From an uncultured Methanoregulaceae archaeon (lineage in GTDB: Archaea; Halobacteriota; Methanomicrobia; Methanomicrobiales; Methanospirillaceae): a stretch of DNA of 64,000 nt. The stretch covers positions 1,984,001 to 2,048,000 of the forward strand of contig OY970343.1 of assembly GCA_963717525.1 (NCBI GenBank), written 5' to 3'. The position numbers and the translations under genes are program-made. Every line of letters starts with the position of its first letter. Position 1 is the first letter of the stretch. The notes beneath the pieces were generated by a model. That model ran no database searches, was not told the origin of the DNA, and saw only the letters and a program-made list of their open reading frames with translations. This document shows positions 30,933 to 42,085 of the stretch, one piece after another.

Positions 30933-31421
30933 ATGAAGAAGGAACACATTCGGCCCATATCCGTGGCAGCAGGAATAATAACGGTTTCGACAACCCGGAC
31001 CAAGAAGACCGATGCCAGCGGAAAGGCCATCCAGGCTATCCTGGCCAAGGCAGATATCCCGGTCCGGCATTATGCGGTGGTTCCGGATCAGGTAGAAGCC
31101 ATCCGTTACGAACTGTACCAATCCCTCAGGACCTGTAACTGCATCATCATCGATGGCGGCACGGGGCTGACCCATGATGACTGTACGATTGAAGCAATTA
31201 CCCCCCTCATCGAGAAAAAGATCGATGGCTTTGGGGAATTGTTCCGGATGAAGAGCTACGAGGAGATCGGGACGTCTTCGATGCTCTCCCGGGCTGTCGC
31301 CGGTACGGTCCGGGGAAACGCGGTATTCTGCATCCCCGGATCCACCGCTGCCGTGACCCTTGCAACAGAATCCCTCATCGTCTCGGAGATCGTCCACATC
31401 CTCTCCCATGCAAATAAATAA
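30933..31421 (+). CDS. moaB: MoaB/MogA molybdenum cofactor biosynthesis protein
   Basis: IITVS...D.SG, DGGTGLTHDDCTIEA, GFGELFR, LSRAVAG, IPGS. Confidence 0.9.
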   Translation: MKKEHIRPISVAAGIITVSTTRTKKTDASGKAIQAILAKADIPVRHYAVVPDQVEAIRYELYQSLRTCNCIIIDGGTGLTHDDCTIEAITPLIEKKIDGFGELFRMKSYEEIGTSSMLSRAVAGTVRGNAVFCIPGSTAAVTLATESLIVSEIVHILSHANK

Positions 31422-31477
31422 TCTCCTTTTTTCCCGCAAAACACTGGGATTGTTAAAAACCAGAGTGAAGGGCGTTT

Positions 31478-31999
31478 TTATTTGCTCACATCCAGGAGTG
31501 CAACCCGTTCGAGAACCAGATCCCGGAGGCGATCTTTTCCGGCTGCGGCGAGCTCTTCCCGTGTGATCCCAAACAGGCTCATAAGCCGGGTGGCTTTCGC
31601 GGCGGGGATGTCCTCTTGGGGCTCCTCGCAAAAATGCAGGTGGCAGGCAAACTCGTTCCAGATCCCCTGTGGTGCCGGGCAGCAGCAGATATACAGCCGG
31701 TTCTCTCCTTCGTGGAGGCCAAACGAGACAGCCGCGCTGCACTGCCGGGTCCCTGCGGCATACAGCAGCGCCTCCATCTCAAACGAGTTGGAGATTGCGT
31801 CACCCGAAGAAAAAGACCGGTGCGCATGCCGGAGTGCCGCCACTGCATGCACCCGGCCAGCCAGTTTATCCGCATCAAAGCAGACGATGCGGGAGCCCGC
31901 TCGACGGGAGACTTCCCGCAATACACCAAGCAGGGCAGGCAGATCCTGTACCATCACCTCTGCATACCGGATTGTGCAGGGCAGTTCCGATTCGATCAT
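31478..31999 (-). CDS. cgi121: KEOPS complex subunit Cgi121
   Basis: EALLYAAGTRQC, LVLERVALL. Confidence 0.88.
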   Translation of the reverse strand: MIESELPCTIRYAEVMVQDLPALLGVLREVSRRAGSRIVCFDADKLAGRVHAVAALRHAHRSFSSGDAISNSFEMEALLYAAGTRQCSAAVSFGLHEGENRLYICCCPAPQGIWNEFACHLHFCEEPQEDIPAAKATRLMSLFGITREELAAAGKDRLRDLVLERVALLDVSK

Positions 32000-32002
32000 G
32001 CC

Positions 32003-34174
32003 TCACCCGAAGTGTTGCAGGGTGGACTGGCCCCGTGCGGGTGCATCCCCGGTTGGGGGCGTCTCCTCCACCGCAGATCTTCTCTTTGGCTGTAGTTGTT
32101 CAAGAACCTGATCCGCAATGCCTGCGCCAAGTATCTTTACCAGTTCCTCTTTTTTGTGCCGGGAAATCTCTTCCGGCGACGTAACGCCATTGTTGAAGAG
32201 CCGGCGGGCACGGACCCGCCCGATGCCCCGGAGCCGGATCAGCGGGAGCAACTCGCGCCGGATCCCATTTTTCATACAGATCTCGTAGTCAGCGATCTGC
32301 GGGTAAAATGCCGGGGCAAACATCCGGGCCAGCTGGGAGGTTGCGTGGAGCAGCCAGTTGATATTTTCGACCATCCCGAACACATCGCCCGGCCCAACCG
32401 CATACCGTTCGCAGATCTTCTCTTCAGCAAGCTCGTCAGTCCAGTCAGCGAGGAGCATCGCGGTTTTTATTGCCCGGTAAAATCTTTCGGCCTCCTCTTC
32501 ATCTGCTGGCAACGGAAGCCAGAGCTCACCGGCTTTTGCGTCCATCATGCGCGAGAGCGCGGGAAGGTCTGCATTTTTTGCATAGAGCGTTGGCATGTCG
32601 GGCGTACTGCAGATGAGCTGGAGGAGGCCGATATCCGCATACGCTCTCTGCTCCCGCAGGGTTGCCACGATCAGGGACGCACTCCGTGGATCGATGTACA
32701 TCCGCGAGACAAGGGTCCCCAGTTCGGTCGCTCCCAAGTGCTCCCCTATCTCGAGGATCATCTCTGCCGCAATCAGGAATTCGAGGGCAGCGTCCACCGC
32801 ACGGTGCATGAGCCGGCCCTGCCTGTGCTCGTGGACGTAATACGAGCGGTTCATGAATTCAGACAGCTCGCTTCTGGTTCGCGCAAAACCCGATGCTACG
32901 AGGGAAAGGACGTGTGTGTAGAGTGCGGTCGGCGCGGCCAGTCGCGAGTGGACGTCATCGGCTGCGGCTAGGATATAGCACTCGAACAGTTCCGTTACCT
33001 GTTCGGCCTCCTTTGCGATCAGCACGGCCTCACCGTACGGGTCGAGGCGGGGCCTTCCTGCCCTCCCTGCCATCTGCCGGTATTCGCTGACCGGGATCGG
33101 CTGCATCCCCTCGCCGGCGGAAAACCTGAGGTAATCGCGGATCACGACCCGGCGGGCGGGAAGGTTGAGCCCTGCAGCAAGGGTCGGGGTTGAAGAGATA
33201 CACGAGATCCAGCCTTTGCGGAACGCCTCCTCGACAATGGATCGCTCGTTCCAGGCGAGACCGGCATGGTGGAACGCAGCCCCTTTTGCCACGCACGCAG
33301 CAAGGGTCTTTACCATCTCGGTCGGGGTCCCGGCCAACAGGCGGTCTGCACATGCAGCAAGCGCCGGGTTCTCGCTTTTTATGGCCGTTGCAGCCCGCTT
33401 CGCAAATGCCTCGGCGTTCCTGCGGGAGGAGACGAAGACCAGGCATTGTCCCCCCTCGGCAAGGGTGTCTAGGCAGAGGTTGAGATCATCATAGTTCTTT
33501 GAAACCTGTTTGACGGGCCGTGTCCCCTCTTCGAACTGGATCCGGTTGTTGTAAAAGACACCCTGGCGCAGTTCCACCGGCCGCCACGAGCTGGTGACCA
33601 GCTCCGCATCCAGCCACCCGGCAAGTACCTTGGGGTTGCCGATGGTCGCCGAAAGGCCGATGACCTGCATGGCCGGGTTCCGGTACCGCATCTTCGCGAT
33701 CACCATCTCGAGCGTCGGGCCCCGGTCCGGTGAATCGATCAGGTGCACTTCATCTACGACGAGGAGGGTGATCTCCGGTATCCAGCGTGCGCCGTTCCTG
33801 AGCAGGGAGTCCACTTTCTCGCTTGTGGCAACAATAATGTCGTTCCTGCCAAGGCTGTCGTCCCGCCGGTCGAGGTCACCGGTGGAGATACCGACCTTTA
33901 CGCCCTTCCCGTTGAACTCCCCGAACTTTTCCGATGCAAGGGCCTTGAGCGGGACAATATACAGGCATTTCCCTCCTGCGGCAATATGGCGGTGCATGGC
34001 CATCTCCGCGATCAGCGTCTTCCCGCTCGCCGTCGGGATCGCAACAAGGAGGTTTTTGCCGTCTAAAAGCCCTTTCCCGATGCAGGCGGCCTGCGGCGGG
34101 TAGAGCTCGCGGAAGCCCAGCAAAAGGTACTGCTGCTTGAGGGTATCGGGAATGGCAAGATCCTGTATCTGCAT
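32003..34174 (-). CDS. hel308: Ski2-like DNA helicase Hel308
   Basis: [30 protein letters not shown], Hh[10 protein letters not shown]. Confidence 0.93.
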   Translation of the reverse strand: MQIQDLAIPDTLKQQYLLLGFRELYPPQAACIGKGLLDGKNLLVAIPTASGKTLIAEMAMHRHIAAGGKCLYIVPLKALASEKFGEFNGKGVKVGISTGDLDRRDDSLGRNDIIVATSEKVDSLLRNGARWIPEITLLVVDEVHLIDSPDRGPTLEMVIAKMRYRNPAMQVIGLSATIGNPKVLAGWLDAELVTSSWRPVELRQGVFYNNRIQFEEGTRPVKQVSKNYDDLNLCLDTLAEGGQCLVFVSSRRNAEAFAKRAATAIKSENPALAACADRLLAGTPTEMVKTLAACVAKGAAFHHAGLAWNERSIVEEAFRKGWISCISSTPTLAAGLNLPARRVVIRDYLRFSAGEGMQPIPVSEYRQMAGRAGRPRLDPYGEAVLIAKEAEQVTELFECYILAAADDVHSRLAAPTALYTHVLSLVASGFARTRSELSEFMNRSYYVHEHRQGRLMHRAVDAALEFLIAAEMILEIGEHLGATELGTLVSRMYIDPRSASLIVATLREQRAYADIGLLQLICSTPDMPTLYAKNADLPALSRMMDAKAGELWLPLPADEEEAERFYRAIKTAMLLADWTDELAEEKICERYAVGPGDVFGMVENINWLLHATSQLARMFAPAFYPQIADYEICMKNGIRRELLPLIRLRGIGRVRARRLFNNGVTSPEEISRHKKEELVKILGAGIADQVLEQLQPKRRSAVEETPPTGDAPARGQSTLQHFG

Positions 34175-34381
34175 GGCACATCCATACGGGATTCGCGTTT
34201 TTTAAATCGCGTGTGATCGTTTATTTTCTGTTGAATTGTTTTTTGCGAATTGTACATGGCAAACGGCATTCCCCGCCCTGATCCGGATGAGTGAGGGATG
34301 CCCGACCGGTTGCCCGGCTCTCTCCCGGAACTGTTTTTGCGGACTGCATAAAAAGAGGTGGTGCGAAAAGGCGGATGTGCC

Positions 34382-34927
34382 TCAGTAGTAGTAACTGATC
34401 ATATCCTGCTTGGCCTCTTTCTTCTTCTTGTCAAGGAATGCAAAGACGTTTTCGTGGGGAACGCCCTCGATGAGCATGTCGATCGCCGCCCGGGCGACCT
34501 TCATCTGCTCGGGGTACCCGATCAGGGCCACGGTATGGCCGAAGACCGAGAGATCCACATCGGTCATGTTCTCAATCTGCTCGCGGGCCCTGCCGTCTTT
34601 TCCGATGATCCGCCCGCGGAGCCGGTCGAGCTGCTTGATATTATCTGCCGTACGGGAGAGATCGATAATATCGAGAAGGAGATCTTCGTCTTCGATCATC
34701 TCGAAGGCGCGCTCAGGAGAAAACCCGGCGTTGATGGCGTTGATGATCTCGACCGCCCGGAGGAGCGGGATTGCGTTTTCCTCTGCCCCCTCCACTTTCA
34801 CCAGCCCCTCCTTGCTGTCGATGGAGATGGTTGTACTGGTCTTTGATTCGAGCTCCTTTTTCGTCGCCCCGCCTTTTCCGATCAGCACGCCCACCCTGCT
34901 TGTTGCAATTTTGAGTTCCTGTATCAT
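34382..34927 (-). CDS. KH-domain pre-rRNA processing protein (Dim2/Pno1-like)
   Basis: LIGKGG and IIGKDG KH motifs; adjacent to RIO1. Confidence 0.9.
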   Translation of the reverse strand: MIQELKIATSRVGVLIGKGGATKKELESKTSTTISIDSKEGLVKVEGAEENAIPLLRAVEIINAINAGFSPERAFEMIEDEDLLLDIIDLSRTADNIKQLDRLRGRIIGKDGRAREQIENMTDVDLSVFGHTVALIGYPEQMKVARAAIDMLIEGVPHENVFAFLDKKKKEAKQDMISYYY

Positions 34928-35006
34928 AGCTCATTCACCTTTCTGGAATTTCGCGTGATTAGTGTATTGCTTGTTTTAGGGATTTTCACAGATGTCCTCT
35001 TACATC

Positions 35007-35786
35007 TCATGGTGCGGCAACGTTAAGACCAGTCACCGTGTTGAAAATCTCATATTCTGATTTTACTGCGCAGCCTCTTTTTTTAAAGAACCTGTTGATA
35101 TTACGGATGTCCCGCATCAGGAACTGGAGGGCACGCGGGTGATCGCGGGTGACCGACTGGCCCATATCGATGAGATATGGGTGGTCATGGTATAATATAT
35201 TGAACTCGCTTAAGTCACCATGCACCAGTTCTGCCTTATTGTACAACGTATCGATCATCACCATGATACGTTCATAGACTTTGGCAGGATGGTCGATCTC
35301 TGCATTCTTCAGCTGTGGATACGGGCATTCCCCCTCGCCAAGGAAGGACATGACAAGGATGTTCCGGTCCCACACCAGCGGCTCAGGGACGGGAATTCCT
35401 GCCTCCTGTGCCCGTGCAAGATTGGAGAACTCCTTTCTTGTCCAGGCAAAGACAAGCTCCTTTTTGGACTTTTTTACATGAGAGAACCGGCGGTCGCCGG
35501 TGATGTACGAGCTCATAGTGGTGAAATTTGCCGACTGGATCCGGTAGATCTTGATGGCGACTGACGCATCTCCGCGGTCACCCAAAAAGACGTTGGCCTC
35601 TTTTCCGGTGCTGATGGATCCGCCAATCGCGGTGAGCCATTTCTTGTGGACGAGTTTATACAATGCCAGGAGGGTAACCTCATCGAAGACATTCTCGCTG
35701 ACCTTGAGGTTGTCCGCGTCCTTGATACGTATTCCCATTTCCGCGAGACGCTGGTCGAATGCTGCCTCCTGTTTTTCGATGCTCAC
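35007..35786 (-). CDS. rio1: RIO1 family atypical serine kinase
   Basis: STGKEANV, AIKIY, VHGDLSEFN, IDMGQ; probable own GTG start at 35786. Confidence 0.92.
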   Translation of the reverse strand: MSIEKQEAAFDQRLAEMGIRIKDADNLKVSENVFDEVTLLALYKLVHKKWLTAIGGSISTGKEANVFLGDRGDASVAIKIYRIQSANFTTMSSYITGDRRFSHVKKSKKELVFAWTRKEFSNLARAQEAGIPVPEPLVWDRNILVMSFLGEGECPYPQLKNAEIDHPAKVYERIMVMIDTLYNKAELVHGDLSEFNILYHDHPYLIDMGQSVTRDHPRALQFLMRDIRNINRFFKKRGCAVKSEYEIFNTVTGLNVAAP

Positions 35787-35826
35787 GATCCTGCCCCCGT
35801 CTCTTCCTGACAGGTATCTTTTGTGT

Positions 35827-36767
35827 TCAGCGTATATATTCGCGCACCGGGGCAAGGATCCCGACAAGCCCCTCGCCACAGGCTTTCTTGAGGTCGAGCG
35901 GGTGAATTTCTCCTTTGCCATAGGCTGTTTCAAGATCGGTGTACCCGGCAAAGGTGCGGTCCCCCCGAATTTTTCCGGTCGCTTTATGGTGATTTCAGGG
36001 AGGCGCGGGAAGATGTGATACTGGAAGATCTGGAGGACCGGGTTTTCGGCAATTTCCGGCGGGCAGAACGCTTTCTGGCATTTTTTCCGGATATCATCCT
36101 CGCTGTCAGCAACTGAGATATAGTTCCCCTGCGAGGAGGACATCTTCTTGCCGTCAAGGCCGTTTAAGATCGGCGTGTGAATGCAGACCGGAGAGGGATA
36201 TTTAAAATTGGGCAAGTGCTCCCTTGCGAGCATGTGGATCTTCCTCTGGTCGATCCCGCCCACGGCAGCGTCAACGCCGAGCATCGCGATATCGGCCATC
36301 TGCATGATGGGGTAGACCATCTGCGAAACGGTCGGGTGGTCCATCTGCCTCCCCACCTCGTCCATGCTCCGGGTCGCCCGGGCAAGGGTGATCTGCTGGG
36401 AGAGCTGGTGCACGAGCAGCACGTACTCGCGGTTGAGCTGGAGATCCGAACCAAGCACATACTTCACGTTCTTAAGGCCGAGCCCCTCAAAACAGCGGCG
36501 GTTGTACTCGGCGAGTTCCTTTACCTTTTCCATGATCCCTTTCCGGTTGAGGAACGCATGCAGGTCAGCAAGGAGGATGGTGACCTCGAAGCCCGCTTCT
36601 TGGAGATCGACGAGCTTGTTTATCGTAACCAGGTGGCCAAGGTGGATCTCCCCGCTCGGCTCGTACCCTGCATAGACCTTCTTTGTGGGTTTTGCCAGAA
36701 GAGCGCGGAGTTCGTCTTCGGTGACGACTTCGACGGTGTTCCGGGTGACCCGTTCGAATGAATCCAT
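35827..36767 (-). CDS. tyrS: tyrosine--tRNA ligase; frameshifted in a G-run at 35961-35966
   Basis: YAGYEPSGEIHLGH, GGIDQRKIH, KMSSS; one extra G restores KFGGDRTF...IHPLDLK...PVREYIR-stop. Confidence 0.93.
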
Positions 36768-36792
36768 TAAAAAGAATGGGTGATTAAGGGAG

Positions 36793-37824
36793 TTAATGGT
36801 TATTCTGGATGGGAGTAAACCCGAGTGCACTGTTGGTGAGTTTTATGGATGCCGTGGCCTCTTTGGCTAGGCCGGTCATCGCACGGATCGCGTCCACATT
36901 CTCAACAACGACATCAGCTTCCTGGTGAATAGCCTGGAAGAAGCAGAGCTCGTTTTTATTCGCATAGACCGACTCCTCGAAGATGCAGTTCTCGTAGAGA
37001 TCGGCCCGCTGCCGGCCGAGGTCCTGGGCAAATTCCTTGAGTTCAGCGGTACTCTTGATCGCCGCGGTCTTCTTTACGAGGCCCATGCGGGGATGGTTCC
37101 TGATAAGCTCGATCACTCTTTCGCGGTTCACGTCTTTTTTTGTCGTGATCCGGATCGCGTGCATGTGCATCATCGTAGTCGGGACGATCATGGCCATGGT
37201 CGTGATGGAAATATGCGGGAGCACGGTCTGGACATCAGGGCCATGGTGGCTGGGGACGGTCACCGGGTCAAGGACCACCGCATCGATCGGCCCTTTCTTG
37301 ATCTCGCCAGGATCGGATCCCCTGCGGACCATGATCGCATGGACGTGGGCGACACCGAACTCCTTGTCAATCTCGTGGATGATCCGGCAAAGGCCGGTGG
37401 TGTTGCAGGACACGACCCGGACAAACTGCCGGCCGATCGCATCGGCAAAATTGCAGGACGAGTTGAACGAGAACCCAGCCACCTCGTGATCTTCCCCACC
37501 CTGCCAGATCGCCTTTTTTCCGAGTTTTTCATAGAGCGGTTTGTTGGTCGCTCCCACATCCCCGGGGGTTGCATCCACAATCACGTCTGCTGCCTTACAC
37601 ATGTCTTCGACAGAACCGGAGACCGTGAGGCCGGCTTTTTCAAATGCGGCCTTTTTTGAGAGATCAGCAATATAGAGGGGATATCCCCGCTGTTTTGCGA
37701 TAAAGGCCTCGGCGTTCGGGCGGGTCTTGGAGACACCGATCACTTTCATATCCTTCTGGGCTGCAACCGCATCGGCAACGCGTTTCCCGATGGTACCGTA
37801 CCCGTTGATGGCAACCTTGATCAT
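36793..37824 (-). CDS. gap: glyceraldehyde-3-phosphate dehydrogenase, archaeal type II
   Basis: NGYGTIGKRVA, VVSCNTT, PSHHGPD, AIHQE. Confidence 0.95.
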   Translation of the reverse strand: MIKVAINGYGTIGKRVADAVAAQKDMKVIGVSKTRPNAEAFIAKQRGYPLYIADLSKKAAFEKAGLTVSGSVEDMCKAADVIVDATPGDVGATNKPLYEKLGKKAIWQGGEDHEVAGFSFNSSCNFADAIGRQFVRVVSCNTTGLCRIIHEIDKEFGVAHVHAIMVRRGSDPGEIKKGPIDAVVLDPVTVPSHHGPDVQTVLPHISITTMAMIVPTTMMHMHAIRITTKKDVNRERVIELIRNHPRMGLVKKTAAIKSTAELKEFAQDLGRQRADLYENCIFEESVYANKNELCFFQAIHQEADVVVENVDAIRAMTGLAKEATASIKLTNSALGFTPIQNNH

Positions 37825-37917
37825 ATGATGGAACTGTATGAACGAGATGAGATAAAGGTTGCTTGGCAGGGTCGTGAATACAGGCATCTGTCCTTTCACA
37901 GAAAGTGGAGGAAAGTT

Positions 37918-38409
37918 TTACAAAAACAGTGCCTGGTACTTCACGACCTCGGTGCTGTCTTTGGCTGTGGCGTACAGCTCCAGCGGTTCTTTATTGACCT
38001 CCAGGAACCGGATGCCCCAGCTGACACAGCCCAGGATCTGTGTTGCCCGCTCCTGTTCCCCGAGGATAAAGAGCGAGGCTGCTATTGCCTCGACGGAGGT
38101 TAGCTTGCAGGGTTTCCCGAAATTGACCGGGTTTGCGGCCATAAGAAAGGGCAGTGCCCGCCGGATCCTCCACGAGATGACGGCACCGGTATCCAGCACT
38201 TCCCAGGAACAGTCAAGGGCGGTAATGGATTTCACGAATCTGTCTGCCGGCGAGAGTGCCTGCTCGGCAGTCGGGTCCAGCAGAAGGGTGTTCCTTGGGA
38301 TCTGGGAAATTTTTTTAACGATCCGGAGAAAGCCGGCACGCTCAAGCTTTTTTACCGTGCACTTGCGGGGGTCGCAGCTGTTGTCCCGGTAGGCAATGAG
38401 CGGAATCAT
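37918..38409 (-). CDS. tsr3: 16S rRNA aminocarboxypropyltransferase Tsr3 (DUF367)
   Basis: CDPRKCT, LSPAD, LDCSW, LPFLMAANPVNFG. Confidence 0.92.
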   Translation of the reverse strand: MIPLIAYRDNSCDPRKCTVKKLERAGFLRIVKKISQIPRNTLLLDPTAEQALSPADRFVKSITALDCSWEVLDTGAVISWRIRRALPFLMAANPVNFGKPCKLTSVEAIAASLFILGEQERATQILGCVSWGIRFLEVNKEPLELYATAKDSTEVVKYQALFL

Positions 38410-38440
38410 TGATTATTCTGTGCGTCCACAACTGTATCAA

Positions 38441-39313
38441 ATGTATGTTCTCTGTTCCCCCTGTATTTTGTCCCCGTCGCTCCGGGCCAAAGGTATCACA
38501 CATCCTTCAGATATTGCCGTCTTTGCACGTTCGATCGGACGCTGCCGGAAGTTCGGTATAGACGTTGTGCCGCTCCCCTGCCCGGAGACCCTGTACCTTG
38601 GCCCGGATCGGGAGCCCGGCACGTTTCTTGAGCGGCTGAACAACCCGGAATTTGCCACGCTGCTTGAAGAACTGTGCGGGAAGGTGAACAAAATTATCGA
38701 AGAGCGGGGACCGCCCCTCTGTATCCTTGGCGTAAACTCGTCCCCGACCTGCGGGGTGACAAGCACGTATTACGGGGCGGAAGGCGACACACCGGCCAAA
38801 CGATCCGGCCGGGGGGTTTTCTATGCACAATTCCCGGATATCCCGGCGCAGGACGTCTTCGAGTTTGCGAAATACCGGATCTACCTTGCAGCCCCGCTCT
38901 TCTCGGAATCTGAGCGCACCTACAATACCACTATCGCAGCGCTGCTCAGGTCCCATTTTTACGAGGTGTACCTCCCGCAGGAAGCCGGTGACGATCACGC
39001 AGTGAGAGACAAAAAGGAATATGCGCAGATTTACCGCCGCAACAAAAGGGCGATCAGAGATGCGGACATTATGATTGCCATCATAGATGGGGCAGATGCA
39101 GATTCGGGGACTGCATGGGAAATGGGCTATGCTACCGGGCTCAAAAAGACGGTAATTGCTCTCAGGACAGATTTCAGGACGACCGGAAGCCATGAACGGG
39201 TGAACCTCATGCTCGAGCAGGCTTCAAAGGTGGTGTCAACTAAAGAAGAACTTCTTGTTGCACTGGGTGCCCTTCCCGCCAGTACACCGCGGCTGGGACA
39301 GACATCTGCATAA
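38441..39313 (+). CDS. DUF523-like Fe-S domain fused to a nucleoside 2-deoxyribosyltransferase/N-glycosidase domain
   Basis: N-terminal SPC, PCPE, SSPTCG; C-terminal IYLAAPLFS, YLPQ, DSGTAWEMGYA, NLML. Confidence 0.82.
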   Translation: MYVLCSPCILSPSLRAKGITHPSDIAVFARSIGRCRKFGIDVVPLPCPETLYLGPDREPGTFLERLNNPEFATLLEELCGKVNKIIEERGPPLCILGVNSSPTCGVTSTYYGAEGDTPAKRSGRGVFYAQFPDIPAQDVFEFAKYRIYLAAPLFSESERTYNTTIAALLRSHFYEVYLPQEAGDDHAVRDKKEYAQIYRRNKRAIRDADIMIAIIDGADADSGTAWEMGYATGLKKTVIALRTDFRTTGSHERVNLMLEQASKVVSTKEELLVALGALPASTPRLGQTSA

Positions 39314-39412
39314 ACCCCCGGTTTTCTCGTATTTTTCGCAGAGATCGTGGCCTTTTCTGAAGGAGAGACGGGCAAGTTATATCTGAATCCTGACAAATAG
39401 GTAGTGAGTGAG

Positions 39413-40945
39413 ATGGCAAAGAAAAAAGAGGGGCGGGAAGCAGGAAAAAAACAGGGTTTTACCGGGGAGTGCGATCTTGACGGAGGATATGAGTCTTCCA
39501 TTAAAACCTTCCATGATATTACCCTCAAAAATATACAATCCCTTGTTACTGCAAGCCGGTACATCCAGACCCTCATTGTTCTCACCGTCATCGGTATCTT
39601 CTTGAGGTTCTACAATCTCGGGTTCAACTCCTTGTGGCTGGACGAAGCCAGCACCTACACAATTTCCGTAAAATCCTTCGCGGATATCTGGCAGGTCACT
39701 GCCAGTGGGGAGTTTAACCCGCCGCTCTTTTACTGGATCGAACATGTCATGCTCATGCTCGGGAATAACGAGGTTATCCTGCGCTTCATTCCTGCCCTGC
39801 TGGGTGTCCTCACGATCCCGCTCTTTTACCTGATCGGAAAGGAGTTCCTCGACCGGAACGCGGGCATCATCGCTGCTGCTGCATGTACCGTCTCCCCGTT
39901 CCTGATCTACTACTCTCAGGAAGCCCGGGCATACATGATGATGCTCTTTTTTGTCGCGCTTGCGACGATCTTCTTCCTTAAGGCTATGAAATCCGGGAGC
40001 CTGATTCACTGGATTCTCTTTGGCATCTTCTCGGCGCTGGCCTTCTGGTCGCACTTCTACGCGTTCGTAATGATCGCGGCGCTGGTGCTCTATGCACTCA
40101 TCGAATGGGCTCCACGGATCCGGACCGAACTTGCTAACCTCAAGATGCTGGTGGCAGGTGTTGGTGTCTTTGTGCTCCTGTCGCTCCCCCTGATTATTGT
40201 CACCCTCCAGCTCTTCGTCCTCCGGACATCATCGGCACCCACCTACGGGATACAGGGGCTGGGAATCATCACGGAAACCTTCAGTCAGATATCCGGGATG
40301 AACGATATCGCAATGTACCTGCTGGTTGCACTATTCGTTGTCGGGATCATCCAGGCATTCCGTATCGGGAAAAACAAGGGGATCTTCCTTGTGCTGATCA
40401 CCGTTCTTACCTTTGTTATCAGCTACATTCTCTCGTTCAAGATGCCGATGCTCCCCCGGTACCTTATCTTTTTGAGCATCGTCTTTTTCCTCGGTATCGC
40501 GGTATCTTACCGGGTCTTTTATTCTCTATGGAATACCAAGGCGGTGGTTTACGGGTTTGTTATTGTTCTCTTTGTGATCAGCGCTCCGGTCCTTGCCGGG
40601 TATTACTCGGGGTATTCAAAGGAAGACTGGAGAGGATTTTCCGCCGCCCTCCAGCAGAAGACCGTGCCGGGTGATATAGTTGTCTCTGTCCCCGGGTACA
40701 TATCCCAGCCGCTTGACTATTACTACTCCTCAACACAGGCTCAGACAAAAGAGTTAGGGGCAACAACAGCAGCCGATCTGGAAAATATCTCATCAGAGAG
40801 TGGCAACAGCACCATCTATTATGTCGTCACCGGGGATATCAGTGCGGCCGATCCGAACGGTGATGCTGTTATGTGGCTTAAGAATAATACCCAATTAGTT
40901 GGAACAGATGCCACGCAGTCAATTTATCTTTTTACCAAATCCTGA
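39413..40945 (+). CDS. GT-C fold membrane glycosyltransferase (PMT/GT39-like)
   Basis: LRFYNLGFNSLWLDE, NPPLFY, YYSQEARAY, about 12 TM segments. Confidence 0.88.
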   Translation: MAKKKEGREAGKKQGFTGECDLDGGYESSIKTFHDITLKNIQSLVTASRYIQTLIVLTVIGIFLRFYNLGFNSLWLDEASTYTISVKSFADIWQVTASGEFNPPLFYWIEHVMLMLGNNEVILRFIPALLGVLTIPLFYLIGKEFLDRNAGIIAAAACTVSPFLIYYSQEARAYMMMLFFVALATIFFLKAMKSGSLIHWILFGIFSALAFWSHFYAFVMIAALVLYALIEWAPRIRTELANLKMLVAGVGVFVLLSLPLIIVTLQLFVLRTSSAPTYGIQGLGIITETFSQISGMNDIAMYLLVALFVVGIIQAFRIGKNKGIFLVLITVLTFVISYILSFKMPMLPRYLIFLSIVFFLGIAVSYRVFYSLWNTKAVVYGFVIVLFVISAPVLAGYYSGYSKEDWRGFSAALQQKTVPGDIVVSVPGYISQPLDYYYSSTQAQTKELGATTAADLENISSESGNSTIYYVVTGDISAADPNGDAVMWLKNNTQLVGTDATQSIYLFTKS

Positions 40946-40966
40946 TTTTGACCGGTGTGTGCCCCG

Positions 40967-42085
40967 ATGTATGATCTGACTGTCATCATTCCCACATTTA
41001 AGGAAGAGTCCAACATCGGCACTATTATAGAAAACGTGGATGCGGTTTTTTCCCGTAACGCGATCAACGGTGAAATTCTCATCGTTGACGATAATTCCCC
41101 GGACCGGACCATTGAACTGGTCAGGGAATTACAGAAAACAAAATCGAATCTCAGTCTCGTTGTCAGAAAAGAGGATTACGGGCTCTCCCAGTCCGTCGTC
41201 GAAGGATTCCGCACGGCCCGGTCGGATATCCTCCTCGTCATGGATGCTGATCTCTCCCATCCCCCGGCGCTCATCCCGGTTATACTTGCCGGGATCCGTG
41301 ACGGTAACGACCTTGTCATCGGAAGCAGGTACATTGAGGGTGGCGGGATAAAAAAATGGCCGTTCAAGCGGCGTATCATTTCTATGGGTGCAACGTTACT
41401 TGGCCGGTTGCTTTTTCCTGATATTTCCGATCCAGTGAGTGGGTTTTTTGCTGTCCGAAAAAGTGTTGTAACCGGGGCACAACTCACACCCCGAGGGTAC
41501 AAAATACTTCTGGAAGTGCTGGGTAAGGGCATTTGGGAGAATGAAAAGGAAATACCATTTGAATTCAGTGATCGGGAGATTGGTACAAGTAAACTGAAGA
41601 TCAAGACAATCATTGAGTACGCTCAGCAGGTCGTGGCTATTGCGGGTTATTCATTGTTTCATCACAAGAGTGCCGTATGGAAAGAATGGAAAAATGCTAT
41701 TAAGTTCAGCCTTGTAGGTGTTTCAGGCATCGTGGTAAATGAAGGAATCCTCATCTCTCTCAAGGAATTCGCAGGATTCTCCATTCCATTGGCAAGCGTT
41801 TGTGCCATCGAATTATCTATTGTGAATAATTTTATCTGGAATGATTGGTGGACATTTAAAACAAGCCAAGGACACTCATTATCTAACTGGTGGCACCGAT
41901 TTGTTGTGTTTCAAATTATATCAATTGGCGGTGCATTCGTCAATTTTGCGATTCTTATCACTCTTACCTTAATAGCAGGTATTGATTATCGGATCTCTAA
42001 CATCATTGGAATCATGATAGCATTTGCCTGGAATTTCCTTATAAATAGGAATATAACCTGGAAAAAAGCAAAATCGTTGAAATGA
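40967..42085 (+). CDS. polyprenol-phosphate mannose synthase-like GT2 fused to GtrA-like domain
   Basis: IPTFKE, VDDNSPD, MDADLSHPP, GSRY, SDPVSGFF; C-terminal KFSLVG...NNFIWND. Confidence 0.9.
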   Translation: MYDLTVIIPTFKEESNIGTIIENVDAVFSRNAINGEILIVDDNSPDRTIELVRELQKTKSNLSLVVRKEDYGLSQSVVEGFRTARSDILLVMDADLSHPPALIPVILAGIRDGNDLVIGSRYIEGGGIKKWPFKRRIISMGATLLGRLLFPDISDPVSGFFAVRKSVVTGAQLTPRGYKILLEVLGKGIWENEKEIPFEFSDREIGTSKLKIKTIIEYAQQVVAIAGYSLFHHKSAVWKEWKNAIKFSLVGVSGIVVNEGILISLKEFAGFSIPLASVCAIELSIVNNFIWNDWWTFKTSQGHSLSNWWHRFVVFQIISIGGAFVNFAILITLTLIAGIDYRISNIIGIMIAFAWNFLINRNITWKKAKSLK

